From Lama guanicoe (lineage: Eukaryota): 64,000 bases of DNA. Shown here in pieces: positions 49,320-61,959 of the stretch; position 1 is the first letter of the stretch, and each line of letters opens with the position of its first letter. The notes under the pieces are model-generated. The model did no database searches and was not told where the DNA came from. It was given only the letters and a program-made list of their open reading frames with translations. Made by a program: the position numbers and the translations under genes. The DNA lies in NCBI GenBank assembly GCA_013239625.1, contig MU054323.1, positions 9,041,220-9,105,219 on the forward strand, in the 5' to 3' direction.

Positions 49320-49960
49320 CGAGTGAAAAACCCAGGAAAAAAGAGGGCTCCGGTCCGGAACTGAGGTTTATTCCGGGGGGCGTGGCTGCGGACAACTCCC
49401 AGACGTCCTCTTCCGGAACAGGCCTGTGCCCCGGAAGCAGTTGTCTGTCGAGGGGGCTTTGGGCCTGTTACGGAGTCCAGAGGTGTGTCATCGCCATGTT
49501 CTTGTCCGCGGTCACCTGTAAGTGGAGCTGGAGGCGGCGGCAGGGCTTGCAGCGCGGGCGGGAAACCGTGACAGGCGGGCCCCGGGACTTTGCGGTGCGG
49601 GGTGCGCGCGCCGGCCGGGAAGCTTCGCTACGGCTTTCCAGGCCTTCAGGACTACAGCGCCCAGCATGCCCCGCGGCGCGCTCTCTGCGGGGAGAGTGGG
49701 TTCTGGGGCTCTGCGGTGCTGGTTCTGGATCCGGTTGCGGTTCGTTCGCACTGTAGAGTCTCCAGCACCAGTGGGGTGCTTTCTCTCGTCCTCTGAGCTG
49801 TGTGTCAGCAGAATCACTGGCCGTCCTAACTGGAGAAAACCTCAGAATTTCTAGTTCACTCGGTTAGAACTCTAAAGGTGAGGAAACGGCTTTGAGAGGC
49901 GCAGTGATTGACCGTAGGTCCTACCGCTGGGCTGAGAAAGAAGCCCTCGGGCTCCCAAGA
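49320..49960 (+). promoter_or_regulatory. MRPL33: MRPL33 CpG-island promoter with ETS/GABP, YY1 and ZNF143-type motifs
   Basis: CCGGAA/TTCCGG at 49355-60, 49371-76, 49411-18 and 49431-37; CGCCATGTT at 49492-49500; ACTACAGCGCCCAGCATGC at 49651-49669. No TATA box seen. Confidence 0.8.
49496..49517 (+). CDS. MRPL33: MRPL33 coding exon 1 (MFLSAVT + 1 nt)
   Basis: Kozak gccATG at 49496; donor T|gtaagt at 49518. Confidence 0.95.
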
Positions 49961-50402
49961 CGGTGCTTTTCCACGCACCAGGCTGACTTCCCGGGTAGAT
50001 TTACTTTCCCTTCTCCATCTGATGCGATGATTGTTCTAGCTTGCATAGGTTAACTTATCAGAAACAAGAGACTTGGTCCAGTGCAAGTACTTGCACCTTA
50101 GAAAAGGAATAAATGGAGCAGATCTTAACTTTAGAAAGATTTAAAAGGTAACCAGCCCAACTGGAAAGAGATTGTGCAAATCACTACATCCAGAATTGTG
50201 GTGGTCTGATCTTTTAAAAATCTATAAAATCTTAAGAGACCTATAATAGCTTAGGGGATGGTTACTTGAGTGATAACCATGGCATACTTTGGTACTTAAA
50301 TATTTTTGATTATTACTGACATTTATATGAACTTTGCATAAGAAAGGTAATAATATTGATATTTTTTCTTTCCTCTTCCAACCTTTCCTTTCTACAAAAC
50401 AG

Positions 50403-50421
50403 TTGCCAAGAGCAAGTCAAA
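50403..50421 (+). CDS. MRPL33: MRPL33 exon 2 (19 nt; FAKSKS + 2 nt)
   Basis: Polypyrimidine tract then aacag|TTGCCAAGAGCAAGTCAAA|gtaagt. Confidence 0.95.
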
Positions 50422-52151
50422 GTAAGTAAAAGTTTTTCTTTTTTTAAACTTGTTTATGTTAGATTTATTAGGCCAGCTGCTGCCAATACATCCTTATGTA
50501 AAACTAAGCATTTGGCCTTGATTTTCTAAAGGTTGGTTTGAGGATTACTTACTTGATGAATTATTTCGGCCCTATGAACTCTTTCAAAAAATATTTTTCC
50601 TCTTGCCCAGCTGACCTACTTAAGTGAGCATTCAAATAATTTGCTTAAAGGAGCTTTTGCTCTCTTGTTCCTACACAAACCATCAGAGTTCCCATGCTCT
50701 CTTTGCACTACCACTATATTTCTGTTTCTTCAAATTGAGGACCAAGAGCCATTTGTCTGGAGCCCAATACAGGAATCTAGCAGAACAAACTGGGGTTTGA
50801 TTAATCCACAGAGCCTGTTTTGAGTTTTGTAATCCTTTGCAATCATGGTAAAAATATTTCAAAAATAGCAAAGGCTAAAGATTCCATGCTGTAGCAAAGA
50901 GACTATAAATGCCAAACTGGTATCTCAAAATAAAGTTTGTAGACAGAAACTGAAGATTTTCTGTGTTAAAAATAGAAAAATTGTAAAGCAGCCTTTGCTT
51001 ACAACAAGACATGTCACAGATCCGTAAAACAAGTTTTTTTTTGGATTAAAGTTAATGAAAAACATGTATGTTAGTGTTTTTCCCCTCAGTATCTTTTATT
51101 GAGTCATACAGTTTCTCCCAGAGTCCAGTTATTTACGTTAGAATTTCCCACTTCCAGGTTCTATAGGAATCTCCCATGCCTTCAGTTTTTTTTAGAGATG
51201 CTCTGTGCCTCTCATGTTCTTTGTCTCTTTCTTGTGCCATTTGTCATGTATGTCCTGCCTTATAGATCTTGTGTATATGACTCACCTTCCATTCTCTTAC
51301 TGTTCCCTGAAGGTGCACATGCAGCTTATAGGGCTTTGCACTTCCCACAGTGCTTTCCACAGAGTAAGCACTTAATAGATAATTTGTTGTATCCTTTTGA
51401 ATGAATGCCTAATTATCGTCTATCTTAATCAACAGATATTGTATCCCTCTTATGTATGAGGCACTGTGCTGAACATTGAAAGGGATGCAAAGATAGGTGA
51501 TATATCTTAGATGCTTCAGATTCTTCGGGGAATTAGACGAGAAATAAAACAGCATGGTCTACATAGGGAGGCAAGACATGTGAAAAAATAATAACCAGTA
51601 CAAGGTAGTAAAAGGTCCAGTAAGGTAAAGCATGAACTTTATGCTTTGGATGACTATAACTTAAACAAAATATGAAGGGGAACAAGGTTTTCATGTTAGC
51701 AATGTAAAAGTCCCAATCCCTTTATTTTGTCCCTTCCTGATTTTACTCTTATCACTCATCCCTGGAAGGTAGGGCTCTTCTGAGATAGCCATCTTTACAA
51801 TTTCCTGACTGGCCAGCTAGGGTTACTAGTACTTTTGTGTTTTCCCTGCTCCTGCCTTCAGCTCCTTTTGAGAGGCGGGTGTCTGCATTTTTTCTCACAA
51901 GGTGATTTTATTGTTCTTGTTGCTTTGGTTGGGTCATTACCAAGGCAGTCTGTGTAATGGAATAAACCTTGGGAATCAGAACCATTGAAATTGTGATTTA
52001 TGGAAAACATAGGCTGTCTTAGAGCTGGACTTAAGGCTTAAGTATGTACCACAACTAGTACTACTATAGAGGGTTCTGAAAATGAGCCATGCCCCTATGA
52101 TTGATTTTAGTCTATGTCCTCAGTGTGTAACAGCTTACTTTTAAATCTTAG

Positions 52152-52258
52152 GACCATTCTGGTGAAAATGTTGAGTCAAGCTGGGACAGGTTACACCTTC
52201 AACACTAAGAGGAGCCGACTACGGGAGAAACTGACTCTATTACATTATGATCCAGTTG
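52152..52258 (+). CDS. MRPL33: MRPL33 exon 3 (107 nt; [36 protein letters not shown])
   Basis: ttag|G acceptor, G|gtaaga donor, and L33 motifs S.AGTG and KL.L..YDP. Confidence 0.97.
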
Positions 52259-53109
52259 GTAAGATTCAGAGAAGTTACTTTACAATAAATTCAGATGTTT
52301 TCAAGGCAGTTTTGTGGCCCCTTTGACACTATAACATTCATTCCAAGTATGTATTGAGAGTTACTGTGGTGCTAGTTACTGTCCCAGGTACTGGGATATG
52401 CCAGGAAACAAGGTAGACTCAGTCTCTGTGCTCTTGGCACTTATAGTTTGTTTTGGAAGGGAGAGAGGGAAAAATGACAAATTGTGCTAAGTGCTATGAG
52501 AGAGACAAGCAGGATGCTGAGATACAGGATAAAGTTGCGGAGAGGTGGATTCCACCTTTATCCCCCGCTTAGGTAGGATAGATCAGGGAAAGTCTCTCTT
52601 GTAGGAGATAGTTAACCAAAGATTTTAAGGTTGGAAACCAGCTCTGTAAATATAGGTAATGTTCTGGAAACAGAAAGAGAAGAATGTCTTGAGAAAGGGA
52701 GGGAATGCTCTCCTGGGGTCATCTGGCCAACAGTGGCAAGTAATTAGGTCCAGATTTGAATAAAAGGAGTATGTTGTCTATATATTAGGGCAGGAGGGTA
52801 GGAAATTTCATTTTCTATTTTGTATCATCTGCTATGATGCCATAATAAATGGTAACTTTAAGTGTTCTCAGTAGATAGAAGTATTTGTCTAAAAGAGTCA
52901 AGTGTTCCTAAGGCCAGATTGCCTGCTAACAAACAAGAGTTAGTACTTGATTGCTTTTGGTGGAAGCCTCTTCTGTTTTTTGATTTCATGGACAGATTTA
53001 TGCAAAATAAACTAGTGAACAGATTATTTATTTTAAAACTCCAGGCCATTCATTTAATTTTTGTGCCCTTCTAAATAGCAGCTTTGTAATTACTTCTTAA
53101 TAGTGGCTG

Positions 53110-53300
53110 TACTGGAGCTTTTGGGTTGGTGAACATGGCATGCTCAGAGAGGGCATGGAAGTTTTGCTCCCCTTCCCCATACCTTGCCCTGTGCGTCTCT
53201 TCCTTCTGGCTGTTCCCGAGTTACTGTCTCCAGGCATACAGAGTCAGAGTTGAGTTGAATTGTAAGGTACCCAGCTGGTGATCAGAATCGGAATTGGTGC
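53110..53300. mobile_element. MER21-like ERV LTR fragment (internally deleted)
   Basis: gagagggcatggaag...ccccttccccataccttgccctgtgcgtctcttccttctggctgttc...gagttgaattgtaaggtacccagctggtg. Confidence 0.65.
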
Positions 53301-53394
53301 TAGAACCTTATTTTCCAGAATTAATCCACTATGTAATGAAAGACAGGCACTTAACCTCATAAGAAACCTTTTCATTAACTAAAAAGAAGGACTC

Positions 53395-53525
53395 ATAGAC
53401 TTTTGGCCAAGATGGAGCAATGGGACTGAATTTACCTTCCCACTTGAAACAACAACAACAGAAGGACGATAGAAGCAACAAAAGACAGTGATCCCTGAGA
53501 GAAAGGAAACAAACTAGTAATCGTG
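53395..53525 (+). mobile_element. Old L1 5'-end fragment
   Basis: gacttttggccaagatggagcaatgggactgaatttaccttcccacttgaaacaac...cagtgatccctgagaga. Confidence 0.6.
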
Positions 53526-54224
53526 ACCCACCAGACAAAATGGAAAGTTCTGTCTTCTTTGCTTACCTACACAAGTCTTCATGTCTTCAGATACCACGAA
53601 TGCATAATAACACGAGCATCTGTACTCTCCAGGCAATCTGAATCCCATTTTATAGATGAGGAATCTGGTGCCAGGGATCGTAATCAAGGACACACAACTA
53701 AAATATGTGACAAAAGAAAGATTTGAACTCAGGACTGTCTGACTCCAAAGCTCTGAATCACTCTACGAGGGGACTTGTTGTTAAGAGATTTCATGGGAGA
53801 CCAAAACCCACTTACTGGTCAGTGACCTCAAATTGGGCATTAGTGCAAATCTGGATGACAACTACATTAATAGCTGTTTTCAGAGTTTGTACAGGAGGTC
53901 TCACAATCGCTGTTCATTATGCTGCATTCGTCAATGTCTAAGAAAAAGAGAAAAAAAAATTGCCTTAAAGAAAAAGGGTCTGTACCAATGTAAGGAGGCA
54001 TTTAAATAAAGGCTCTGAGAAACCCAGTTGTCAATTTAAAATTGGCATGAGTTCCATTCTTTAACAGAAGTAAAATTCCCTGCTGTTTTTATGTTGTTAA
54101 AATTTTGGGTCATTTTTTATTGTAATAAGAAGGGAATTCTGGGTTTGAAACCAGGTGATTAGGGCGTCTGAATTTCAGGATGGTATCTAATATCGTGGAA
54201 AAATTATTAGAATGATAAGGTGTA

Positions 54225-54581
54225 TGTCCTAGTCTGGGTTGATATAACAACGTACCACATTCTGGATGACTTATAAACAACAAGAGTTATATTTCTCAGA
54301 GTTTTGGGGCCTGGGAAGTCCAAGATCAAGATGCCATCATGGTCGCTTTCTGGTGAGGGCCCTCTTCCTGGTTCATAGGAAGAGGTTTTTGCTGTGTTCT
54401 CACACAGTGGAAGGGCAAGCCAGCTCTGTGGGGTCTCTTATAAGAGCATGAATCCCATTCATGAAGGCTCAACCCTCATGACCAAAGCATCTCTCCAAGG
54501 CCCTACCTCTGAGTATCATCATCTTTGGGGGTTAGGATTTTGACATAAATTTCAGGGAACACAAACATTCAGACCATAGCA
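54225..54581 (-). mobile_element. MLT1A0-type MaLR solo LTR in MRPL33 intron 3
   Basis: Termini tgtcctagtc... and ...cattcagaccatagca; internal ctgggaagtccaagatcaag, ttctggtgagggccctcttcctgg and aatcccattcatgaaggctc. Confidence 0.85.
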
Positions 54582-57573
54582 CTATGATAGTGGATTGGTG
54601 TGATGTTTTTCTCCCTCTGATTTCTTTGTATCACCTAGTGAAATCTCAAAGTGATGAACTTTACAATAAAGTAATTGTTTTTCTAGCATTTTAGCTCCTC
54701 TAGAGGTTTTTTTTTTTTAGCAACTTGTACAACATTAATAAATATTGACCAAATAACCTTCTGTGATATTTTAAGTGTGAAAATGTATTGGAATTTTCAC
54801 TCAGTAGGGAGGTATTAGGAACTTATTGTTAGATTGATTTTAAGTTTTGAGATTGGGAAAGGGTACAACCATACAGTTCTCACTGTAAGGTGAAAGTGGA
54901 AGAAAAGATTCATATATAAATTTCTAACAGATGATGAGAACTTTTCTGTTAAGGAATGGTCTGAGCCTTGACAGCACAACTTTGCCTCTTCTGAAGGAGA
55001 GAATGTTCTAGGAGAGCAGAACCTGCCTGGCTGTCTGCCCACCTGCTCAGTGTCCTGCAGCCTTGTGTGATGATGTTTGCCTTGCTGCCTGCCCCATTGC
55101 CCATGGTACTAAATAGCTTGGCAGTTCTTTCAGCATATCTTACTCCAATGAGTGAGTGGTTAGTTTAAGGGTAATGTTTTCTTTGTCTGCTTTATGAAGG
55201 AAATCAGGCAAGGAAACATGGAAAAATTCCCCAGTATTTGAGCACTTCATGGTATGGCTAGAACCAGCTCTGTCCTTTTAACCTCCTTTTTTCTCATATG
55301 AAACTAGATGCGAATTTCCAAGGAGGAAGGATTAAAGGCTGAGGCATAAGCTTATTAAACTTTGTTAAATATATATGAATAAGTTTATTATAAGGAAAAT
55401 GAAAACTTGTCAGTTTTAATTCCTTGGCTGACTAAACAAGACAATAAAGACTTTAATTGAAGCAGAATAGATTTAGGTTAGATGTAGGGAAAGAACTTGA
55501 CAGATTCATTCTTCTATGAATTAAGAAGCAAATATTTTGACAGAAAATTAATTTATGTTTATGATTGTGGATAGCAGTGTGTCATTTCAGCTCAACACAT
55601 ATTGAGTGTTCACTGTGTGTCTGGCAACCCTGTGAGGGAGATGGAGTTAGCCCTCGCACAGGAAAGGAAACTGACAGAGGAGTATTCTGAGAAATTTGCC
55701 CCAGGGACTCCCAGTGCATAAATGGTGGAGCCAAGGCTTGAACTCAGTCTTTCTGACTCCAGGCCCCCTATTCTTTCTATTACATGGAGTCAAATCAATC
55801 TCCCTTTAAAAAAAAAAAATCAGGACTTTCCCCTGTGATCAGCACTGTCATTCTTACCTGCTGCCGCCATTTCTCTGCACCTGATGCCCTTTCTTGTTTT
55901 AGTTCATCCAGACACTGCTGCTGCTTCACAGGCTAAACTTCACCCTCTCCGTGAGGCGCTTCCCTCACCATTTCAGTCCCCTTTGATCTTTAGGGTCCTG
56001 GGGTTTACTGGATGTTCATACAGGCACCTCACAATATACTGATATTAACTCAGGGACTCCTCTTAGCACAGTTCTGTGAACTTAAGTATTTATTCTTTGA
56101 ATTAGGGGTATGAATGCAGTGAGCCAATCAAAATTTTTCATGAATAAAGCTTTGCTTTACTGATCTTCATCAGTTGCTCCTGTCCAGGGTCATTTAAATA
56201 ATCCAATTGGTTGTCAATGAGACAAGTTCCTTTTTTAATCCTTTTTTTAGTTCCACATAGAAAAACATGGGGAAAATATTTCTTGCAATGAATAACATTG
56301 TCTGATGGGAAACTATTTTGGTTCTTCACTATCATCTTACAATGGCTCTGTAGTCCTCCTTGGACTTTGAGGGAACATCAGTCCTACTTATTAGATGATT
56401 TGAAGTATGTTTTTAATATATGTACAAAATAATAAAATATATTTATTTTTATTCATTTTATAGATATAATTCTGTTGACTGGTTAATAGTTACTAGGTTT
56501 AGCTGCCCATCAGAATTATCTGAGGGTTTTAAAAAATAATAGACCTCCAGCCTCACTCTAGATCTAAGAATCAGAATTAGGGTAGAGGTGGAGGTAAGAA
56601 GTAGAAATGTATTTAAATAAGCTCCCTAGCTAATTCTTAATCATAGGCAGTTTGAGAATCTCATATTCAGAGTATCCATCATTGATGATAGAAGAATAAC
56701 AAAAAACATTGCTAAAATCTCTTTGTATGGTAGGGACAAGTGAGTTGCTGTTGTGTCATAACATAGTCTTTTGATTCCTGGATCTTCCAAGGCGCACTGT
56801 TTTTGGTTTTTTGGCAAAGAATTCAGGTAGGGTGGGTTTATGGGTATGTGTGTGTGTTTGTGTGTGTGAGTGAGAGAGGGAGAGAGATGTGTGATGTTAA
56901 TGAAGTGCTTTACAGCAGGAACTATGAAAACTTTATTGCTTAGCATCTAGTCTAATTTTTCATGCAGGCAGTTAGCATTTTGGTTTTGGGTGTTTCAGAG
57001 AACTGTACTCCGTTATGATACAATAATGAGATTTTGGTTATGATACTAAATCTCTTCTTACCAAACTAGAAAATCCATATTTGGGTATATGAAACCATTT
57101 GTGAAAAGTACAAGGTTTACTGTGTATTTACTCTTTCAGCTAGGCTTCCTTTCCTTCCATGGTCTACTCAGTTTTTACTGTGCTTTTTCTGGAGTCTCGC
57201 TCCCAGCCTGTGCTTGCTTTACCTCCTGTAAGAGTGGACATTAACTGGGTAAAGATGTTGTTTTTCATTTCTTGCCTGTAATTTTCTTTTTTCAATTTGA
57301 ATATTTCACTTTGGTTGAAATGTGACCTTGTGGGGTACCAAGGGTGCTATGGATTGGCTGGTGGACTTTCCCCTTGTTTTCCTTACCATTTTCTGCAGTC
57401 TTCTCTGGCCTCTGGGATTGAAGAACTGAGTTTGCAAGTCAGCTCCATCCTCATGACAAAGGAAAGTAAAAGAAGAGAAGGGAGAGGGCTCATGGTCTGA
57501 TATGTATTTTTATTAAAAAGTGATGACGATATTTTTCAGTTTTCTGCTACAACCCTTTTTTCTTCTCCTACAG

Positions 57574-57623
57574 TGAAAAAAAAAGTCCTCTTTGTGGAAC
57601 AGAAAAAAATACGCTCTCTCTAA
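57574..57623 (+). CDS. MRPL33: MRPL33 exon 4 coding part (VKKKVLFVEQKKIRSL*)
   Basis: Polypyrimidine tract then ctacag|TG; TAA at 57621-57623. Confidence 0.97.
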
Positions 57624-57855
57624 ACAATGGATTGAAAATGAATTTGACTTATAAATGAGAAGACTGAGGGCGGGATACTGATTCAGAAATTCTGCAGCGT
57701 GTAATAAAAGAAGAGGAAATGGCACGGAATCACTGCCTCCTGTGATTTGAAGGCCATTGTGAAGGAAAACAATGCAGTGAAAGAAAGTTCTTCATATTAG
57801 GACATATATCATTGCATCACATTTATTTATCCTTCTGGATATTTTTATAGCCCTT

Positions 57856-57861
57856 AATAAA
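57856..57861 (+). terminator. MRPL33: MRPL33 polyadenylation signal AATAAA (a proximal AATAAA lies at 57703-57708)
   Basis: AATAAA ~230 nt after the stop, followed by GT/T-rich sequence (ctgtgctattgtctctt). Confidence 0.7.
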
Positions 57862-59512
57862 AAATATTAAAATAGCCTGTGCTATTGTCTCTTAGTGATA
57901 TTTTCCCCTACCAGTTGAAATGAGAAAAACCACGTTACTAAAAAATAACCATTGTTTCATATAGTAAAAGAAAATTTTCCATAATGAAATTTGTCCAAGA
58001 GTTTCCAGTCGGCTCCTCCTTATTCTTCATAGAAAAGGCAAAGTCACAGTCCAGAGTGATCTTGAAAAAACTCCCATTCAATAACAGAGGTGGCAAAGGT
58101 GAGCAGGAATGATAAGAAAGGAGCCAGCCTCGTAACACAAAAGAAACCAAGAGAACGTCTATTTTTGATGTGTGCTTATAATTAGAGAACATGCCATTGG
58201 TCCATATTCTCAAACTTGGTTCACCGAAGACAGTATGTAGGGTTTTGTGGGACATCTTTGGACTCCTTTAACTCCTACGTTGGTTTGTTTGAATAAGAGG
58301 CATTATAGTGTATTTTCATAAAACTAGTGGCTGAGGGCTTCTGGGGCGTGGCAGCACCACACAGCTGACCAGCTTGGCAATTCCAGTGATAATCCCTCAT
58401 GTTCAGGTAAGGACTCCTGCTCTATCCAGGTCTATACACTTTCTCACTCAAGCTGTTGTTTCCCACAAATTTTCAAAATTGCCCATTTTTCTCCTTCACT
58501 TGTCAGATTTCTGGCTGGAGGTAAGAAGGATCAGCTCCTATGGTGAGCTCTGCTGGTTCATATCCTACCACATTTAAAGCATTTATGAGGAGAAGGATAG
58601 AGTGTCTATCATGACCACGAGCATTAAGAAACCAACGCTGTTCCAAAATAACAGGTGTTCCTTCCCCATGGCCCCGATCTGTGTCCCGGGAAGAAATGTG
58701 AGGGCAGCTCTCTGGAAATGGAATTAGACGCCCGTTGAATATTAGAGGCTTGTGGCATTATAGTCAGTCAGCTATTTTCTGGCGTCTTTTGTTAAAGCTC
58801 TGGTTCAAAGCAATAGTAGGTGAGATCTTGGCTATTTTTAGATTCAAACTATACATTAAGGTCTTGGTTTACAAGAAAAATCCTTCATCTAATCTATCTA
58901 AGCCCAATATAAAGGTTCTGTGATGTGCATGAATCCCCTTTTTCTTTTTTAAACCTTAAAATCTGGCTTAGCAAATGACTTGTCTGTTCAGCATGTGGGC
59001 TGAAAGTAGCCCACAGGTGGTGTTTACAATTAAAAAAAAAATCAGTTGTTGATACTTAAAACATTGAAAAATGTCAATAAACATCCAAACTTCTGGCTTC
59101 TCCTGCAAAACCAGAAGCTTTGACAACACTAAAGGCAAAGCTGAGTATCAGTTGCCCCTCTTAGAAACTGCTCGAGTGGACCAATTCATATGCTCCCTTC
59201 CCTTATTTAACATTCTCTGCTCTGGCTCTAGGCACTGTTCGCAACCTCTGCTGTATGGTGTACATATTGTATTCATGATGTGTTGGCAATGGAGTGTGCT
59301 GGTTCCTGAATAGCGGTAGTGTTTGTATAGGTCTTCATCGTGGAATCCTTAATTCTGTCTCGTTGACTTTTGGATGAAAAGCAAAGAAGTCATCTATAAA
59401 GAAAGAAATGAAAGCTTGAGGATGACTTAATAAGTGAACATACTATTTGCAAAGAAAGAGGCTGACATTTTATAGTAAGCTGCTAGTTAAGAGTGGCCAT
59501 CCTCAAGTACAT

Positions 59513-59534
59513 TTTATTTCCAGGTATATTTATT
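59513..59534 (-). terminator. RBKS: RBKS tandem polyadenylation signals
   Basis: Minus-strand AATAAA at 59534-59529 and 59518-59513, just after the TGA. Confidence 0.7.
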
Positions 59535-59550
59535 TTGGAGTTAATAGCAA

Positions 59551-59730
<180 letters not shown>

Positions 59731-59804
59731 TTAAAAGCACAGTTGTAGAGATAAGCATGTAGTCATCTGTTGCCCAAACTGTATTTTCAGAATATTTCAG
59801 TACA

Positions 59805-60735
59805 CTTTTTATTTTAGAATAGTTTTAAATTTACAGAAAAGATACGAGGATAGTAGAGTTTCATATACCCACCCCAGTTCTGTAAACATCTTACATTACT
59901 GTGGTACATTTGTCACAACTAAGTAATAGCATTAATTGAACTCCATACTCTATTCATGTTTCACTAGTTTGCTTGGTGTCTTTTTTTCTGTTCCAAGATC
60001 TCATCCAGGGTACCTGGATTACAATTAGTTGTCATATTTCTTTAGCTCCTGTAGGCTGTACAGTTTCTTAGACATGCTTTGTTTTTGATGATCTTGATAA
60101 TTTTGAGGACTAGTCAAAGTATTTTGTAGAATGTATCTCAATTGGGGTTTGTCTGTTTTTCTCGTGATTAGACTGTGGTTAATGGTTTTTGGGAGGAAAA
60201 CCACAGAGGTGAAGTGTCATTCTCATCATATCAAGGGTAGACTGTCCACACATCACTGATGTTAATCTTGATCACTTGGCTAAGGTGGTCTTTGCCAGGT
60301 TTCTCCACTGGAAAGTTACTTTCATCCCTCTTCATTCTGTACTCTTTGGAAGCAAATCACTAAGTGTTGTCCACACTTAAGGGGTGGGGAGTTATACTTT
60401 ACCTCCCTGTGGGTGGAGTAGCTCCATAAATTATTTGGAATTCTCTATGGGAGATTTGTTTCTTCTCTCATTTATTTATTCAATTGCTTATTTATATCAG
60501 TATGAACTGAGGGATATTTATTTTATTCCTTGGGCTATAATCCAGTACTACATTATTTTGTTGCTCAAGTTGTTCCAGCTTTGGCCATTGGGAGTTCTTT
60601 TAGTTGGCTCTGGTGTCCTTTGACATACTCCCATCATTTTGTTTTTTGAGTGCTTTCTTATTTTCTGACATAAGATGCTCCAGGCTCATACTGTATATTC
60701 TTTGCCCTAGCCCTAGGATTAGCTGTTTCTCCATT
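59805..60735 (-). mobile_element. L1MC-type 3'UTR fragment in the last RBKS intron
   Basis: ttttattttagaatagttttaaatttacagaaaag... Homologous to 31365-32535. Confidence 0.8.
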
Positions 60736-60964
60736 AAAAAGTCATGCAGAAAGTGTTGAGAGCCATTCAGATTTTATTTTCAAACTCAGTGTAGGGTCAT
60801 ATAAGGCTCACTTCCATTTTCCCTGAATCTCCAAAGGTCTCAATTGGTGAAGGCCATATAGGGACCCATGGAAATAGAAACCAACCAAAGAAAGTCTGTT
60901 GCCCTCTGCCTTCAGGTAGAGCAGCGCCTGGTCATGTGCTCATCTAACAAATGAACTTTTAAAA

Positions 60965-61147
60965 TAAATTTTTTATTGAAGTGTAAATGATTTACAATGT
61001 TAGTTTCAAGTGTACAGCAAAGTGATTCAGTTATATATATATACATAAATATATATATATACATTTTTTCTTTTCATATTCTTTTGCATCATATGTTGTT
61101 ACAAGAAATTGAATATAGTTCCCTGTGCTGTACAGTAGGTCCTTGTT
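60965..61147 (-). mobile_element. Short young L1 3' end
   Basis: ttttttattgaagtgtaaatgatttacaatgttagtttcaagtgtacagcaaagtgattcag...gttccctgtgctgtacagtaggtccttgtt. Flanked by an imperfect duplication of aacaaatg...aaaataaat. Confidence 0.8.
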
Positions 61148-61959
61148 AAACAAATGTATTTAAAATAAATGTGATGACACAGTTTCACTTGAAAAATCTT
61201 TCTGGCATTTAACAGCTTTCAGGGTCATTTTTCAGTTTTTTTCCAGTTTGTTGCTTCCTTAGTCCCAAGAGCTTTCAGAACAAATCTTGAGGCTATATTT
61301 CGGCCATTAGAAAGAGCCTGGGTGTGCAAGATTGTGTCCGTTGCTGTTTAAGTATTTAATGAGCTATGTGCCCAGCACAGTGATGGGCACTAGAAAAGCA
61401 GTAAAATCCATTGTGGATTAAATGCTAAATAGTGTGGCAGAATTCATAAATACTGTTGAATTTTAAGGAAGTGTTTGAAGAAAGCCTCCCTAAGGGGAGT
61501 TGTTGTGAAATGACAGATTTATAGAGAGAAGGAAGGCCTCAAAGAACAAAGATACAGGAGGAGGAAGGAACAGAGTGAGTTCATGAGACAGTGAATGGCT
61601 TTAAGGAGAATGACATTTCCCCTTGTTTACACAGATAGGCAGTCAGTATTAAACTTGCCAAGAAGTCATAGTAACGGAGGTGTGAATTCAGCACTTTCCT
61701 TCCTCCCATAAATCCTTTCTGAATACCTAAAATGTCTCAGGCACTATGCAAGATGCCTTGCTGTTGTTTATCAGTCTTTCCTGATGGAAACAATGGAGAG
61801 AGAGACAGACATGCCCTCCCTCAGTTTGCAGCATAGCAATGTGACAAGAGAAAGATCGAAGCTGGAGAAATTATGAGCTGGATGGAGGGTGTCTTATGAA
61901 AACATGGAAAATACTACAAGATATGAAGAGTTACGGGAAACTCTAAGATTCCAAATCTT

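Larger units (their letters stand above)
49496..57623 (+). other. MRPL33: MRPL33 gene, CDS span (4 exons); 39S mitochondrial ribosomal protein L33 (bL33m), 65 aa
   Basis: Spliced CDS is 22+19+107+50=198 nt and encodes [65 protein letters not shown]. All introns are GT-AG with consistent phases. Confidence 0.97.

Noticed and set aside
49382..49854. ORFs spanning MRPL33 exon 1 and intron 1
   Set aside because: Only 49496-49517 is coding; the rest is CpG-island read-through.
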